Positions 63,570 through 63,670 of a stretch of 63,670 bases of DNA are shown piece by piece. Below the pieces are notes generated by a model. The model saw nothing but the letters and a program-made list of their open reading frames with translations, ran no database searches and was not told the DNA's origin. This stretch comes from Chiloscyllium plagiosum (lineage: Eukaryota), in contig NC_057719.1 in assembly GCF_004010195.1 (NCBI RefSeq), positions 12,096,332 to 12,160,001 on the forward strand, written 5' to 3'. Both the position numbers and the translations under genes were made by a program. How positions within the stretch are numbered: position 1 is the first letter of the stretch; each line of letters begins with the position of its first letter.

Positions 63570-63670
63570 TTAGATTAGATTAAATTCCCTACAGTGTGGA
63601 AACAGGCCCTTTGGCCCAACAAATCCACACCGACCCTCTGAAGAGTAACCCACTTCGACCCATTTCCCTC
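63570..63670 (-). mobile_element. HE1-like SINE 3' end (runs off the window)
   Basis: (TTAGA)n followed by CCCTACAGTGTGGAAACAGGCCC, as at 30799. Confidence 0.85.

Overview
Eukaryotic genomic DNA, most likely from a shark or other cartilaginous fish (inferred from HE1-type tRNA-derived SINEs, HER1/CR1 LINEs and Penelope elements). Two protein-coding genes lie in tandem on the minus strand. The 3' part of VIPAS39 (SPE-39) has 14 coding exons, 60060 down to the stop at 25504. About 2.7 kb downstream is the 5' part of AK7 (adenylate kinase 7), with its promoter, ATG at 22759 and exons 1-5, continuing past position 1. All 19 exons were read manually, with canonical GT-AG boundaries and consistent phase. 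Most of the rest is intronic transposon debris: nested CR1 LINEs, HE1 SINEs, Penelope fragments and solo-LTR-like elements. The most notable unannotated signal is a dense set of short Penelope-derived inserts. They carry minimal hammerhead-ribozyme cores (CTGAnGA-stem II-GAAA-palindrome-UH) in four sequence families, often as fold-back inverted pairs with 12-17 bp target-site duplications. No prokaryotic systems or CRISPR arrays were seen. Gene and repeat identities rest on remembered protein and repeat motifs, not database searches, and repeat boundaries are approximate.
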